Assembly (NCBI GenBank): GCA_040219675.1 | Contig: JAVJRZ010000012.1 | Span: 1,138-65,137 of the forward strand | Origin: Phycisphaerales bacterium | GTDB taxonomy: Bacteria; Planctomycetota; Phycisphaerae; Phycisphaerales; UBA1924 | Direction of reading: 5' to 3' | Length of the DNA: 64,000 bases | Part shown: positions 8,753-22,122 of the stretch, in pieces | How the letters are laid out: the number at the start of each line of letters is the position of its first letter | How positions within the stretch are numbered: the first letter of the stretch is position 1 | Translations under genes and position numbers: made by a program | The notes under the pieces: model-generated | The model's input: only the letters and a program-made list of their open reading frames with translations | Database searches by the model: none | Told to the model about the DNA's origin: nothing

Positions 8753-10282
8753 ATGCCGTCCAAGATCCGATCATTCCTGATGCACGGTGTGGAAGCCGAC
8801 GCCTGCGAGGTCGAGGTCGACCTCGATGACGCCGCGCTAGCCAAGGAAACCATCGTCGGCCTGCCCGACGCCGCCATCCGCGAATCGATCGAACGGGTTC
8901 GCGCAGCGATGACCAATACCGGCTATCAATTCCCGAACGGACGCCTCGTCATCAACCTCGCCCCGGCCCACGTCCGAAAAGAAGGGCCCATCTACGACCT
9001 GCCCATCGCCGTCGCCCTGCTCAACGCCACCGGCGTGCTTCGCGACCACCGCCCCGACGACACGCCACCGCGGCTGCACAAATGCATGATCGCCGGCGAG
9101 TTGGCCCTCGATGGCCGCGTTCGCCCGGTCCGAGGCGTGATCGCCATGGCCGACCTTGCCCGCCGAGAGGGCCTGGACGCGGTCATCGTGCCGGCGGAGA
9201 ACGCCGCCGAGGCCGCCGTGGCGGGGCCGACCACCTACGGCGTGCGCACGCTGGCCGAGGTCGTCGGGCTGCTCAACGGCGTGCTCGACCTCGAGCCGCA
9301 GACGCCCCCGGACCTGGCCGCCATGCTCCACGCGGCCCAGGCGCCCATCGACTTCGCCGAGGTGCGCGGCCAGGAGGCCGTCAAACGCGCCATTGTCATC
9401 GCCGCCGCCGGCGGGCACAACGTCATCATGCTGGGGCCCGCCGGCACCGGCAAGACCATGATGGCCCGGGCCCTCCCCGGCGTGCTGCCCCCCATGAGCA
9501 GCGCCGAGGCGATCGAGACCACACGCATCCACTCGGCCGCGGGCGAGCTCCCGCCGGGCCAGGGGCTCGTCGCCACCCGCCCGGTTCGCACCCCCCACCA
9601 CACGGCCTCGGCCGCGTCGATCGTCGGCGGCGGTATCGTGCCCAGGCCCGGCGAGGTCTCCCTGGCCACGCATGGCATCCTCTTTATGGACGAGTTGCCC
9701 GAGTTCCCAAGGTCGGTGCTCGAGACGCTGCGCCAGCCCCTCGAAGACCACCAGGTCACCATCTCGCGCTCCCGCGGCACGGTCCGCTTCCCGGCCAACT
9801 TCCTCTTCGTCGCCGCCATGAACCCCGCCCCGGGCGGCTCGGCCGGCCAGTCCGCCTCCAGCCAAAGGGCCGCCGAACGCTACCGCGCACGCATCAGCGG
9901 GCCATTGCTCGACCGCATCGACATCCACGTCGAGGCCCCGGCCGTGCCCTGGAAAGAACTCTCCGACACCGGCGCCAGCAGCACCGACTCGGCGACCATG
10001 CGCGACCGCGTGCTCCGAGCCAGGCAGGTGCAGGCCAAGCGGCAGGGCGACGGGAAGCTCAACGGCCGCCTGCGCGGCAAGGAACTGGACACCCTCGCGC
10101 CCATGAGCGACCCGGCCCGGAGCCTCCTGGGCCAGGCCATCGCCGAGTTGGGCCTCTCGGCCCGGGCGTATGACAAGGTCCGGCGCGTCGCCCGCACGGT
10201 GGCCGACCTCGAAGGGGCCGAGGGCATGGACGTCCAGCACATCGCCGAGGCGGTGCAGTACCGGCTGCTCGATCGGGCCTGA
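8753..10282 (+). CDS. comM: YifB/ComM family Mg-chelatase-like AAA+ ATPase
   Basis: N-terminal Lon-protease-like domain (VEVDLDD..GLPDAAIRESIERV); Walker A GPAGTGKTM; Walker B GILFMDELPEF; C-terminal ChlI-like region (LSARAYDKVRRVARTVADLEG). Confidence 0.92.
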   Translation: MPSKIRSFLMHGVEADACEVEVDLDDAALAKETIVGLPDAAIRESIERVRAAMTNTGYQFPNGRLVINLAPAHVRKEGPIYDLPIAVALLNATGVLRDHRPDDTPPRLHKCMIAGELALDGRVRPVRGVIAMADLARREGLDAVIVPAENAAEAAVAGPTTYGVRTLAEVVGLLNGVLDLEPQTPPDLAAMLHAAQAPIDFAEVRGQEAVKRAIVIAAAGGHNVIMLGPAGTGKTMMARALPGVLPPMSSAEAIETTRIHSAAGELPPGQGLVATRPVRTPHHTASAASIVGGGIVPRPGEVSLATHGILFMDELPEFPRSVLETLRQPLEDHQVTISRSRGTVRFPANFLFVAAMNPAPGGSAGQSASSQRAAERYRARISGPLLDRIDIHVEAPAVPWKELSDTGASSTDSATMRDRVLRARQVQAKRQGDGKLNGRLRGKELDTLAPMSDPARSLLGQAIAELGLSARAYDKVRRVARTVADLEGAEGMDVQHIAEAVQYRLLDRA

Positions 10283-10416
10283 GCCAACCTGCCGCGATGC
10301 CACGGGCGACGGGTCGGCCCGCGGTCGGTATCATCGGGTCTTGTTTTGGGGTCTCGCAGCAGGCCGTTACGCCCTTGCCAAGCCGCGCCCCCCGCTACCT
10401 GTGGAGACAACCGCCC

Positions 10417-10890
10417 ATGATCGACATCGACCGGCTTCGCCAACTCGTGGACCTCATGGTGGAGCACGACCTGACCGAGGTCGACGTGAGCGACGAGGAT
10501 CATTCGATCACCATCAAGAGGGGCTCGGGTGGCGCGTTCCAGATGACGCCCCAGCCCGCGGCCTTCGCCCCGCAGGCGGCCCCGCCCCAGCCCGCCGCCG
10601 CCGCCTCGGAAGCCCCCGGCGCTCCGTCGGCCAACAAGGCCGACGACGGGCTCATCGCCATCGAGTCGCCCATGGTGGGCACGTTCTACTCCGCGCCCGA
10701 TCCCGATTCGCCGCCCTTCGCGGCCGTGGGCTCTTCGATCTCTTCGGACACCGTCGTCTGCCTGGTCGAAGCGATGAAGGTCTTCAACGAGATCAAGGCC
10801 GAGATGAACGGCACCATCGAACGCGTATGCGTCAAGAACGGCGACGCCGTCGAGTTCGGCCAACCGCTCTTCATGGTGAGGCCCGCCTGA
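10417..10890 (+). CDS. accB: Acetyl-CoA carboxylase biotin carboxyl carrier protein
   Basis: Biotinylation motif EAMKVFNEI and a Pro/Ala linker. The ATG at 10417 (MIDIDRLRQLV) follows GGAGAC. The longer ORF from 10297 has a non-coding-looking N-terminus. Confidence 0.92.
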   Translation: MIDIDRLRQLVDLMVEHDLTEVDVSDEDHSITIKRGSGGAFQMTPQPAAFAPQAAPPQPAAAASEAPGAPSANKADDGLIAIESPMVGTFYSAPDPDSPPFAAVGSSISSDTVVCLVEAMKVFNEIKAEMNGTIERVCVKNGDAVEFGQPLFMVRPA

Positions 10891-10893
10891 GGC

Positions 10894-12252
<1,359 letters not shown>

Positions 12253-12480
12253 ACCTGAGCGACCGCCGATAACAGAACTGAACAGAACTCAAAAATGGAC
12301 CTTTGCAACGCGCAGGCCGAAGTTTTTGGCCGTCCACCGCAAAAATCTCTCGCAATCGGCTTGGGATCCTGGTATCGTTTCCCTGGAGAGAGGGTTCGAT
12401 TCGTGCGAATTCTCGACTGTTTCCTCGTGAGGGCCATCTGCAGGTGGCCGATCCGTTCTAGCAAGGATGAGGGATAAGAC

Positions 12481-13098
12481 ATGCGTAACGCGATGACTGT
12501 TCTCGCCCTGGCCGGCGCCGCTTCCGTGGCCGCCGCCCAGAGCACCGTTTACTTCTCCGACTTCGAGGCCGACGGTGGCGGCTGGACCGCCAGCGGCGTC
12601 AACGGCGACTGGGAGCGCGGCATCCCCGTGGGCGCCGATGGCTCGGCCCTCGGTGGCTCGGCCAGCAGCGAGCCCGTCGGCGGCTTCTCGGGCGACTTCG
12701 TCTGGGGCACCGGCATCGGCGCTCTGCACGGCGTCGGTAGCGACGAGCAACTCAGCCAGAACTTCGACTTCACCGGCCTGACCGACATCAGCATGTCGTT
12801 CCAGGAGTGGAGCGACAGCGGTAGCTCGGCCTTCGACATGGCCTCGGTCATCGTCAACGGCGACCAGCTCTACCTGAGCGACGGCAACTCCATGGACGCC
12901 TGGCGCGAGGTCGTCCTCGACCTGAACGCCTACGCCGGCCAGTCCAGCGTCGACATCACCTTCAACTTCACCTCGACGACCGTTGTCGAGCGCACCGGCT
13001 GGTACATCGACGACGTCGAGATCACCGCCGTTCCCGCCCCGGCCAGCCTCGCGCTGCTGGGCCTCGGTGGCCTCGCCGCCGCCCGCCGCCGCCGCTAA
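12481..13098 (+). CDS. PEP-CTERM (PAP variant) sorting-domain protein with a beta-sandwich (MAM / choice-of-anchor-like) domain
   Basis: Signal peptide MRNAMTVLALAGAASVAAAQS. The C-terminus VPAPASLALLGLGGLAAARRRR is identical over 21 aa to the tail of the 7964..8548 protein. Confidence 0.85.
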   Translation: MRNAMTVLALAGAASVAAAQSTVYFSDFEADGGGWTASGVNGDWERGIPVGADGSALGGSASSEPVGGFSGDFVWGTGIGALHGVGSDEQLSQNFDFTGLTDISMSFQEWSDSGSSAFDMASVIVNGDQLYLSDGNSMDAWREVVLDLNAYAGQSSVDITFNFTSTTVVERTGWYIDDVEITAVPAPASLALLGLGGLAAARRRR

Positions 13099-13129
13099 TC
13101 CCGGCCTCGGCTGAGTGACGAACTCAAGA

Positions 13130-13157
13130 AACCCGGCCCTTCGAGGTCGGGTTTTTT
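13130..13157. terminator. Bidirectional rho-independent terminator
   Basis: AACCCGGCC-cttcga-GGTCGGGTT followed by TTTTT on the plus strand and TTTCTT on the minus strand. It lies between convergent stops at 13098 and 13191. Confidence 0.75.
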
Positions 13158-13190
13158 CGTGCGCTCACGAAGCTGGACCGTGGGGCTCGC

Positions 13191-13784
13191 TCAGATGTCG
13201 TCGCGATGCTCGAGCTGCTGCTCGATACGGTGCAGGCTGGCGCGGATGTCGGTGAGCACCCCCACCACGTCTCCGCCGCCCATGCTCGCCGGCGCCGGCT
13301 CCGCCTCGGCAGGCTTCGAGCGCGCCCTGCCCTCGGAGACCGCGTCGCGCTGGTCGAGCACCGCCTCGCGGAAGTCGTGGGCGTTCACGATGCCGATCAT
13401 GCTCACCAGGTGCCCGCCGGGGCCCGAGCTCTGGCCCGCGGTCTCGACCTTGAAGCCGTGCAGGCCCAGGTATCGCATGATCGGGCCCTGGACCATCTGG
13501 AGGTCGGTGATCTTCTCGAGCGGGATCGTGCTCTCGACCCGGTTGAGCAGGCCCTTGCGGATCTCCAGCGTGCGCTCGGTGAGCGTGCAGCTCAGCCGCT
13601 CGATGTACTTGTCGATGATCAGCTTGCCCACGATGTAGTAGATCACCGCCAACGGGATGGTCACGATCAAGACCACCAGCGGGATCAGGCCGCTGAGCAT
13701 GAGGTACGTCGGCAGCTTCGGGTCAAAGCTGGCCTCACGCAGCACCATGTAGCGTCGCGTCGATTCGGTCATGTCACCCCCCAC
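13191..13784 (-). CDS. Membrane protein with a bacterial PH domain (bPH_2 / YdbS-YdbT-like)
   Basis: Two adjacent TM helices, then a pattern typical of bPH_2: YIERLSCTLTERTLEIRKGLLNRVESTIPLEKITDLQMVQGPIMRYLGLHGFKVETAG. Confidence 0.7.
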   Translation of the reverse strand: MGGDMTESTRRYMVLREASFDPKLPTYLMLSGLIPLVVLIVTIPLAVIYYIVGKLIIDKYIERLSCTLTERTLEIRKGLLNRVESTIPLEKITDLQMVQGPIMRYLGLHGFKVETAGQSSGPGGHLVSMIGIVNAHDFREAVLDQRDAVSEGRARSKPAEAEPAPASMGGGDVVGVLTDIRASLHRIEQQLEHRDDI

Positions 13785-13793
13785 GGATTCGTC

Positions 13794-15164
13794 TTAGCCG
13801 GTCTGGACGGTCCCTTGCACGGGCCGGTCCTCGCGGGCCATCGGGTCGATCGGCGCGTGGTCCACGCGCTCGCCCGGCAGCGGGTTGAACCGCGAGCCCA
13901 GCATCGGGATCTTCTTGTTGGGGTTGTACGCCGGCAGGCGCTGCACCACGAACCACAGGGCCGCCAGCAAGACCAGGTTCCCGCCCAGCAGCACGCCGAT
14001 GTGGGCAAAGCCCTGGGGGATGCCGAAGTACACGGCCACGCTGGTCAGCACCAGCACCACCAGCGCCAGGGGGATCAGCCCCTGCCACGCCGTGCTCATG
14101 ACCTGGTCGTACCGCAGTCGGGGCAGCGTCCACCGCACCAGCATGATGATGAACACCAGCACCGCGACCTTGCCGAAGTAGATGCCCAGCTTGGCCAAGA
14201 CAGCCAGCAGGCCCGTCGCCGTGGTGGCCGTCAGCGGATCGCTGACACCCGGCACGAACGAGAGCGTGAACCCACCCATGAACAGCAGCGCGAAGAACGC
14301 CGCCGAGATGCCCACGTGGCTGTACTCGGCCAGGAAGAACAGCGCGAACCGCATCGAGTTGTACTCGGTGTGATAGCCGCCCACCAGCTCGCTCTCGGCC
14401 TCGGCATTATCAAACGGCGCCCGGTTGGCCTCGGCCAGCATCGCGATGAAGAAGATCAGCGCCGCGATGGGCTGGCTGAACAGCAGCCACCCGTTGGTCT
14501 CCTGGTAGGCGATGATGTCCATCGGCAGCAGGCTTCCGACCATCACCAGTACCACCAGCAGGCTGATGCCCAGGGGCAGCTCGTAGGCCAGCATCTGGGC
14601 CGTCGCCCGAAGGCCACCCAGGAACGAGTACTTGTTGTTGCTGGCCCAGCCGCCCAGGGTGATGCCGTACACGCCCAGCGAGGCGATAGCGATCATGTAG
14701 ATGACGCCCGCGTTCACCGGCAACGCGGCGATCTGCACCGGCCCGCCCTCGATGGTCAGGTTCAGCAGCGGGATGGTGAACGTCGGGCAATCCCACACGC
14801 CGCCCCAGGGGATGACCGCGAAGCCGATCAGGGCTGGGATGACCACGATGCCCGGGGCCAGCGTGAACAGGATCTTGTCCACCTTGCCGGGCGTGTAGTC
14901 CTCCTTGAGCATGAACTTGATGCCGTCGGCCAGCGGCTGGCCAAGGCCCCACAAGCCCTTCAGGAAGCCCAGGAACGGCAGCCCCAGATCGAAGCCCGTG
15001 CGATTCGGGCCGATGCGGTCCTGGATGTACGCCGAGATCTTCCGCTCGGCGTAGGTGAAGTAGCCCGCCCCGGCCAGCAGCACGTGGACGATGACCGCGT
15101 ACACCGTGACGCTGACGATGAGCTGGGCGGAAACGAAGCTGAGCAGGTCGGCCATAGGGCCCAT
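13794..15164 (-). CDS. nuoH: NADH-quinone oxidoreductase subunit H
   Basis: YAERKISAYIQDRIGPNR, GWASNNKYSFLGGLRATAQMLAYELPLG, APFDNAEAESELVGGYHTEYNSMRFALFFLAEY and RLRYDQVM. No other nuo genes are adjacent. Confidence 0.93.
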   Translation of the reverse strand: MGPMADLLSFVSAQLIVSVTVYAVIVHVLLAGAGYFTYAERKISAYIQDRIGPNRTGFDLGLPFLGFLKGLWGLGQPLADGIKFMLKEDYTPGKVDKILFTLAPGIVVIPALIGFAVIPWGGVWDCPTFTIPLLNLTIEGGPVQIAALPVNAGVIYMIAIASLGVYGITLGGWASNNKYSFLGGLRATAQMLAYELPLGISLLVVLVMVGSLLPMDIIAYQETNGWLLFSQPIAALIFFIAMLAEANRAPFDNAEAESELVGGYHTEYNSMRFALFFLAEYSHVGISAAFFALLFMGGFTLSFVPGVSDPLTATTATGLLAVLAKLGIYFGKVAVLVFIIMLVRWTLPRLRYDQVMSTAWQGLIPLALVVLVLTSVAVYFGIPQGFAHIGVLLGGNLVLLAALWFVVQRLPAYNPNKKIPMLGSRFNPLPGERVDHAPIDPMAREDRPVQGTVQTG

Positions 15165-15211
15165 CGTAGACGGGCTTCAGCCCCGGGAAACGCCAGCGAG
15201 CCCTGCCAATC

Positions 15212-16090
15212 TCAGCCCGAAGCGACCGCGACCTTCGCCGCGCCGCTGGCCTCGCCCGCGGGCATGTCCTTGCCGATGGCCAGGCCCAGGTCCTGCCGTG
15301 CCACGTGGGTCAGGTGGGACACGTCCGGCCGGGGGCCGGGCCGCTTCATGTGCTGGTACACCGGCGCCAGGGCATTGATCGTGGCCTGGAAAGCCTCTTC
15401 GCTCAGCCCGCGCGGGGCCGTGCCCTGGCACAGGTCCGTCGCCCGCAGCACGGCCGTGTTGTCGCTCACACCAATGAGTTCGTACGCCCCGCGCTCGACC
15501 CACTCGTCGATCGCCGGCCGCACGGGCACGTCCGGGTTCATGTAGTCATGGCACATCACGGCCGTCCCGGGCACGAGCCAGCGGCTGAGATACTCCAGGT
15601 CGGCCCAGACGCCTTCGAACTCGTGGCTGCCATCGACGAACACCATCGTGGGCACGATGGGCACCTCGGCCAGGAACTGCCGCAGGTCGCCGATATACAC
15701 CATCGCCCGGTCCAGCAGGCCCGCGCCCTGGAGCGTCTCGTGCGTACGCCCGTAGGCGTTCAGGTCCGGGTCGACGCCGAAGTACTGCGGCAGCGGCCCG
15801 CCATGGGCCTTGCGGGCCGCCAGGGCCCCGCGGAGCTCGACCACGGCCGATCGCCCGCCGAACACCCCGATCTCGAGGATGACCTGCCCGGAGAAGTACG
15901 CGGCCTCGTACAGCTTCTGGCTGTCGCCTGGGCTCTGCCAGCCCGGCAGGTCCTTGGTGGCCTCGTGGATGCCCTGGTGCTCCTCGCTGATGAAGCCGCT
16001 TGGCCCGGCCAGATCATCGACCCCGGCCCAACTGGGGGCATAGCGGTTGTCGGCGGGGTCACGGGCGATGGTGGGGATCTCGAATCGCAT
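15212..16090 (-). CDS. Class I SAM-dependent methyltransferase (Methyltransf_24 / CmcI-like)
   Basis: Rossmann motif ILEIGVFGGRS, then a VFVDGSHEFEGV acidic loop. The ATG at 16090 is preceded by GGAGAC. Confidence 0.7.
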   Translation of the reverse strand: MRFEIPTIARDPADNRYAPSWAGVDDLAGPSGFISEEHQGIHEATKDLPGWQSPGDSQKLYEAAYFSGQVILEIGVFGGRSAVVELRGALAARKAHGGPLPQYFGVDPDLNAYGRTHETLQGAGLLDRAMVYIGDLRQFLAEVPIVPTMVFVDGSHEFEGVWADLEYLSRWLVPGTAVMCHDYMNPDVPVRPAIDEWVERGAYELIGVSDNTAVLRATDLCQGTAPRGLSEEAFQATINALAPVYQHMKRPGPRPDVSHLTHVARQDLGLAIGKDMPAGEASGAAKVAVASG

Positions 16091-16110
16091 GGCGGGTCTC
16101 CAGGGTCGTA

Positions 16111-16917
16111 CTACTCAGCTATTACCGCGGCACCAGACCGGGAGCGATGGAGTCGCTCTTGGAAGAGCTCTGTGGCGAGCTTGTGCAGGCGAATGTCGTA
16201 CTGGTTTGATCGCACGATGATATCGAGCGTCTCGGGATCGAGGGACTCGGCGCTCGGCCTCCTCGCGGTCGCGTTGGATCGGGTCATCGTGGAGACGTCC
16301 CAGCCCTCATCACGTTCAAGTACTTCGAGGAGCTCTGGCATATGCTCCACCACGCCAACCACGCCATGGTCCGCGATATAGCGCAGGTTTCGCTCCGCGA
16401 TTTCCATCATGCGGTCATCCACCGATCCCATCACCGGATGATGGGTAGGCTGGGGGTTCATCATCCGAACCTGCAGGTTGTCGAGTTCGACGCACCTGGT
16501 CTTCTCATACAACTCACGAAGCGACATCTGCGGCTCGAACCCGTAGCGATAGAGGTAGTGGTCGGGCATGCGCAGAACGTAGTAGTAGAACGAGATAACC
16601 CGCTCAATCGGATCTCTCAAGACCGTGATGTAGGATGCGCCAGGGCGAACAAAGTCGTGGTTGCCGAAGAACTGATGACCGAGCAGCAAGTCCTGGGAGT
16701 GCCGCAGTGTTTCCTGTTGGGCCCGCCACGCTTCTAACTCCGGAATCGCTCCATCCACCTCAACGACATCGGCCTGTGGATACTGATCACGAATCAGTTT
16801 CCGCATCGACGTACCGCCCGCCTTGTACATATGCACAAAAATGATGGGTAGGTGAAGCCGAGACACTGTTTCGCTACGCTTCGTCAATGCAGTTGCTCCG
16901 CCAAGGACTTGCGTCAA
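16111..16917 (-). CDS. Sulfotransferase family protein (Sulfotransfer_2/3-like)
   Basis: PAPS 5'-phosphosulfate loop IFVHMYKAGGTS and the RDPIERVISFYYY motif. GC is visibly lower than in neighbouring genes. The longest ORF starts at TTG 16917; an internal GTG at 16866 (VSRLHLPIIFVH) is an equally plausible start. Confidence 0.75.
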   Translation of the reverse strand: MTQVLGGATALTKRSETVSRLHLPIIFVHMYKAGGTSMRKLIRDQYPQADVVEVDGAIPELEAWRAQQETLRHSQDLLLGHQFFGNHDFVRPGASYITVLRDPIERVISFYYYVLRMPDHYLYRYGFEPQMSLRELYEKTRCVELDNLQVRMMNPQPTHHPVMGSVDDRMMEIAERNLRYIADHGVVGVVEHMPELLEVLERDEGWDVSTMTRSNATARRPSAESLDPETLDIIVRSNQYDIRLHKLATELFQERLHRSRSGAAVIAE

Positions 16918-17027
16918 CTGTTGGCTTGAACATCGGCTGCCCGAACGCCGAGCAGCATCCGTCTACAATAGGCTCGACGAGCAAGAACGCAGGCCCGCAC
17001 ACCAGCCGCCAGCGAGAGGACCCCCTT

Positions 17028-17846
17028 TTGACCGATTCTGTGCAGTGGATCGCCAGCTACCCGAGATCCGGCAATACGTGGCTCCGGTTTCTCGTGATCA
17101 ACTGCCTCGTCGACCACCAGTTCGACTGGGAGACGGCCATGAACTGCTTCGCATTTGAGCTGTACTACTACCTCAGCAAGATGCGAACTGATGGCTGGAC
17201 GGAACACCAAACGCTTGAGGTCCTACGGAGCGTCGTGCGAAACCAACCCACGCGAGAGCACATCGGCGATCGCGTCTACCTCAAGACCCACAACGCTTGG
17301 ACGCCCGAGCATCCATTCGGTCGCTACGCCGATCGCGCTCTGCTCATCGTCCGCGACCCCCGGGACGTCCTGCTCAGCGCCGTCAACTTCCACAAGCTCA
17401 CCCGCGACGCCGACGCCGACCCGGTCGCCTACGCCCACCGCTACATCGAGCACGGGTCCGACCCCGCCTGGATCAACGCCGGATACGGCACGTGGTACGA
17501 CCACTACCGCAGTTGGACCGCCCAGGCCGACTTCCCCGTCCACGTCGTGCGGTACGAGACGCTCAAGACCGACCCGGTTCCGGCCTTGCTTCAACTCTGC
17601 GACTTCCTGGGCTTCGAGGTCTCGCAGGCCGACGCCGAGCGAGCTGTGGAGCGCACCGCGCTCGCCAAGCTCCAGGACGTCGAACGCAAGGCGCGGGCCG
17701 ACGGCTCCTTCGGCGGCCTGAACGAGGGCTACCAGTTCTTCAACAAGGGCCAGTCCGGCCAATCCCTGGACGACCTCGAGCCCGGCCTGGACGACCTCTT
17801 CGAGCAGAAGTTCGCCAGCGAGCTGGCCGAGCTGGGCTACGCGCGA

Positions 17847-17861
<15 letters not shown>
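17028..17861 (+). CDS. PAPS-dependent sulfotransferase (Sulfotransfer_1-like)
   Basis: 5'-PSB loop SYPRSGNTWLRF and 3'-PB motif VRDPRDVLLSAV. I chose the TTG at 17028, preceded by GAGAGGA. The longest ORF, from ATG 16887, would overlap the divergent gene head-to-head. Confidence 0.75.
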
Positions 17862-20292
<2,431 letters not shown>

Positions 20293-20299
20293 ATCGCGC

Positions 20300-20314
20300 G
20301 GGCCAAGCTGGCCC
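20300..20314. terminator. Short hairpin between convergent genes; possible terminator
   Basis: GGGCCA-agc-TGGCCC, read directly. There is no strong T-tract. Confidence 0.25.
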
Positions 20315-20324
20315 TTCGCGAGAC

Positions 20325-20807
20325 TCACAGCTTCGGGGCGTCGTCCTCGTCCTCATCGAAATCAAAGTCCGAGAACAGGTCCTCGTCCTCGTCGTCCATC
20401 AGCGAGCCCTGGCCGACCTGCTTGCTGGCCTTGGGCTGAGCGGCCGACGCGCCCGCGGCATCTGGCGCGGGCGTAGCCCGGGCGGTCGCCTCTTGGGCGT
20501 CGATGCTCGCCGGCTCGCCATCGATGCGGAGCACGAACACCGCCGGCCCGATCTTCAGCACGTCCCCGGCGGTCATCTCGGCCTCTTCGATCTGCAGGCC
20601 ATTGACGAACGTCCCGTTGCTCGAGCCCAGGTCCTCGATGAGCAGGCCGCCCGTGGGCGAGGGCTCCACGCGGCAATGCTCGCGCGACACTTCGGCCACG
20701 GGGATCCGCATGTCGCAGTCTTCCTCGCGACCGATCACCCGAGCCCGCGAGATCGCGTACGAACGCTGGTCCCCGTCGGGCGTCAACAGCACAAGTTCCA
20801 CTGCCAC
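20325..20807 (-). CDS. FHA-domain protein with an acidic C-terminal tail
   Basis: FHA signature: IGREEDCDMRIPVAEVSREHCRVE...LGSSNGTFVNG...GDVLKIG. The tail is DDEDEDLFSDFDFDEDEDD. The start is ambiguous: in-frame GTGs at 20801, 20807, 20816 and 20822, and a longer TTG ORF to 21023 that looks non-coding. Confidence 0.8.
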   Translation of the reverse strand: MAVELVLLTPDGDQRSYAISRARVIGREEDCDMRIPVAEVSREHCRVEPSPTGGLLIEDLGSSNGTFVNGLQIEEAEMTAGDVLKIGPAVFVLRIDGEPASIDAQEATARATPAPDAAGASAAQPKASKQVGQGSLMDDEDEDLFSDFDFDEDEDDAPKL

Positions 20808-20889
20808 GGCGTACACTCCCACTTCTGCGTCGTTCCGGGCCAGACCATCACCCGAGGCCCAGCACCCGGGCCGCCCCTGGATAGCCCGC

Positions 20890-22122
20890 GTGGACCGTAC
20901 CCCGATCACCATCGCCGGGCAACGCGAGACCGCCCAACACCCGCTCCAAAGCCAAGTCAGGCCCGGATCGCTGGCCGAGCCCGCTCGGTCTTTGTACGTA
21001 CACGTCCCCTTCTGCTTCCACAAGTGCCACTACTGCGACTTCTACAGCATCGTCGACACCCGTGACCGTCAGGCCCCATTCACCGACAGGCTCATCGCCG
21101 AACTCGACCACCTCGCCCCCTTCGCCGGCCCGCTGGAGACCGTGTTCATCGGCGGCGGCACCCCCACGCTGCTCCGCCCAGACCTCTGGCGGCGCCTGCT
21201 GGCGGCCTTGTATGATCGATTCGACCTCGCCCGAGCCGAGTTCACCGTCGAGTGCAACCCCGAGACGGCCACCACCGAGCTGTTCGCGATCCTCGCCGGC
21301 GGCGGGGTCAACCGCGTCAGCATCGGGGCCCAGTCCTTCAACCCAACCCATCTCAAGACGCTCGAGCGCTGGCACGACCCCCAGAACGTCGGCCGCGCCG
21401 TCGAGCTCGCCCGCCAGGCCGGCATCGAACGCCAGTCGGTCGACCTGATCTTCGCCATCCCGGGCCAGACGCTCGAGCAGTGGCAGGCCGATCTCGAAAC
21501 GGCCCTGGACCTCGGCGTTACCCACATGTCCTGCTACGCCCTGACCTACGAGCCCAACACCGCCATGACGGCGCGCATGAGCCGCGGCGACTTCGCGCCC
21601 GCTCCCGAAGACCTCGAGGCCGACATGCTCGAACGCACGCTCGAGATGCTCAGGAGCGCCGGCCTGCAGCGATACGAGGTCAGCAACTTTGCCACCCCGG
21701 GCCTCGAGTGCGAGCACAACCTCGCCTACTGGCGCCAGGAGCAATGGCTCGCGGCCGGGCCATCGGCCAGCGGCCACGTCGCCGGCTGGCGTTGGAAGAA
21801 CGTGCCCAGGCTGGACTCCTACCTGGGCGACCTTCCATACCAGGGCGTGCCGCCCGCCATCGACGTCGAACCGCCGGATCCCGCCCGGGCCCTGGCCGAG
21901 CGGCTGATGACCACCCTGCGGCTGCGCGAAGGACTGCCCATCGCCTGCACGCTCGCCCGTGCCGCCCAAGTCCGCCCCGATCTGCCCGAACGCCTCGAAG
22001 CCACGGCGCTGCGATACCAGCGGTCGGGCCACCTCGACATCACCGACACACGCTGGCAACTGACCGACGCGGGCATGATGCTCGCCGACGGCATCGCCGC
22101 CGAGTTCATGTCGCAGATCTAG
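20890..22122 (+). CDS. hemW: Radical SAM heme chaperone HemW / oxygen-independent coproporphyrinogen oxidase-like protein
   Basis: YVHVPFCFHKCHYCDFYS cluster motif, FIGGGTPT and a HemN_C-like C-terminus. The start is uncertain. I chose the GTG at 20890; the longest ORF, from 20503, overlaps the FHA gene antisense. Confidence 0.85.
   Translation: MDRTPITIAGQRETAQHPLQSQVRPGSLAEPARSLYVHVPFCFHKCHYCDFYSIVDTRDRQAPFTDRLIAELDHLAPFAGPLETVFIGGGTPTLLRPDLWRRLLAALYDRFDLARAEFTVECNPETATTELFAILAGGGVNRVSIGAQSFNPTHLKTLERWHDPQNVGRAVELARQAGIERQSVDLIFAIPGQTLEQWQADLETALDLGVTHMSCYALTYEPNTAMTARMSRGDFAPAPEDLEADMLERTLEMLRSAGLQRYEVSNFATPGLECEHNLAYWRQEQWLAAGPSASGHVAGWRWKNVPRLDSYLGDLPYQGVPPAIDVEPPDPARALAERLMTTLRLREGLPIACTLARAAQVRPDLPERLEATALRYQRSGHLDITDTRWQLTDAGMMLADGIAAEFMSQI

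Noticed and set aside
12264-12271. Exact GCCGATAA, the sigma-28 (FliA) -10 consensus
   Set aside because: No TAAA-type -35 element sits at the right spacing. The downstream gene is a PEP-CTERM protein rather than a flagellar or chemotaxis gene. A single 8-mer can occur by chance.
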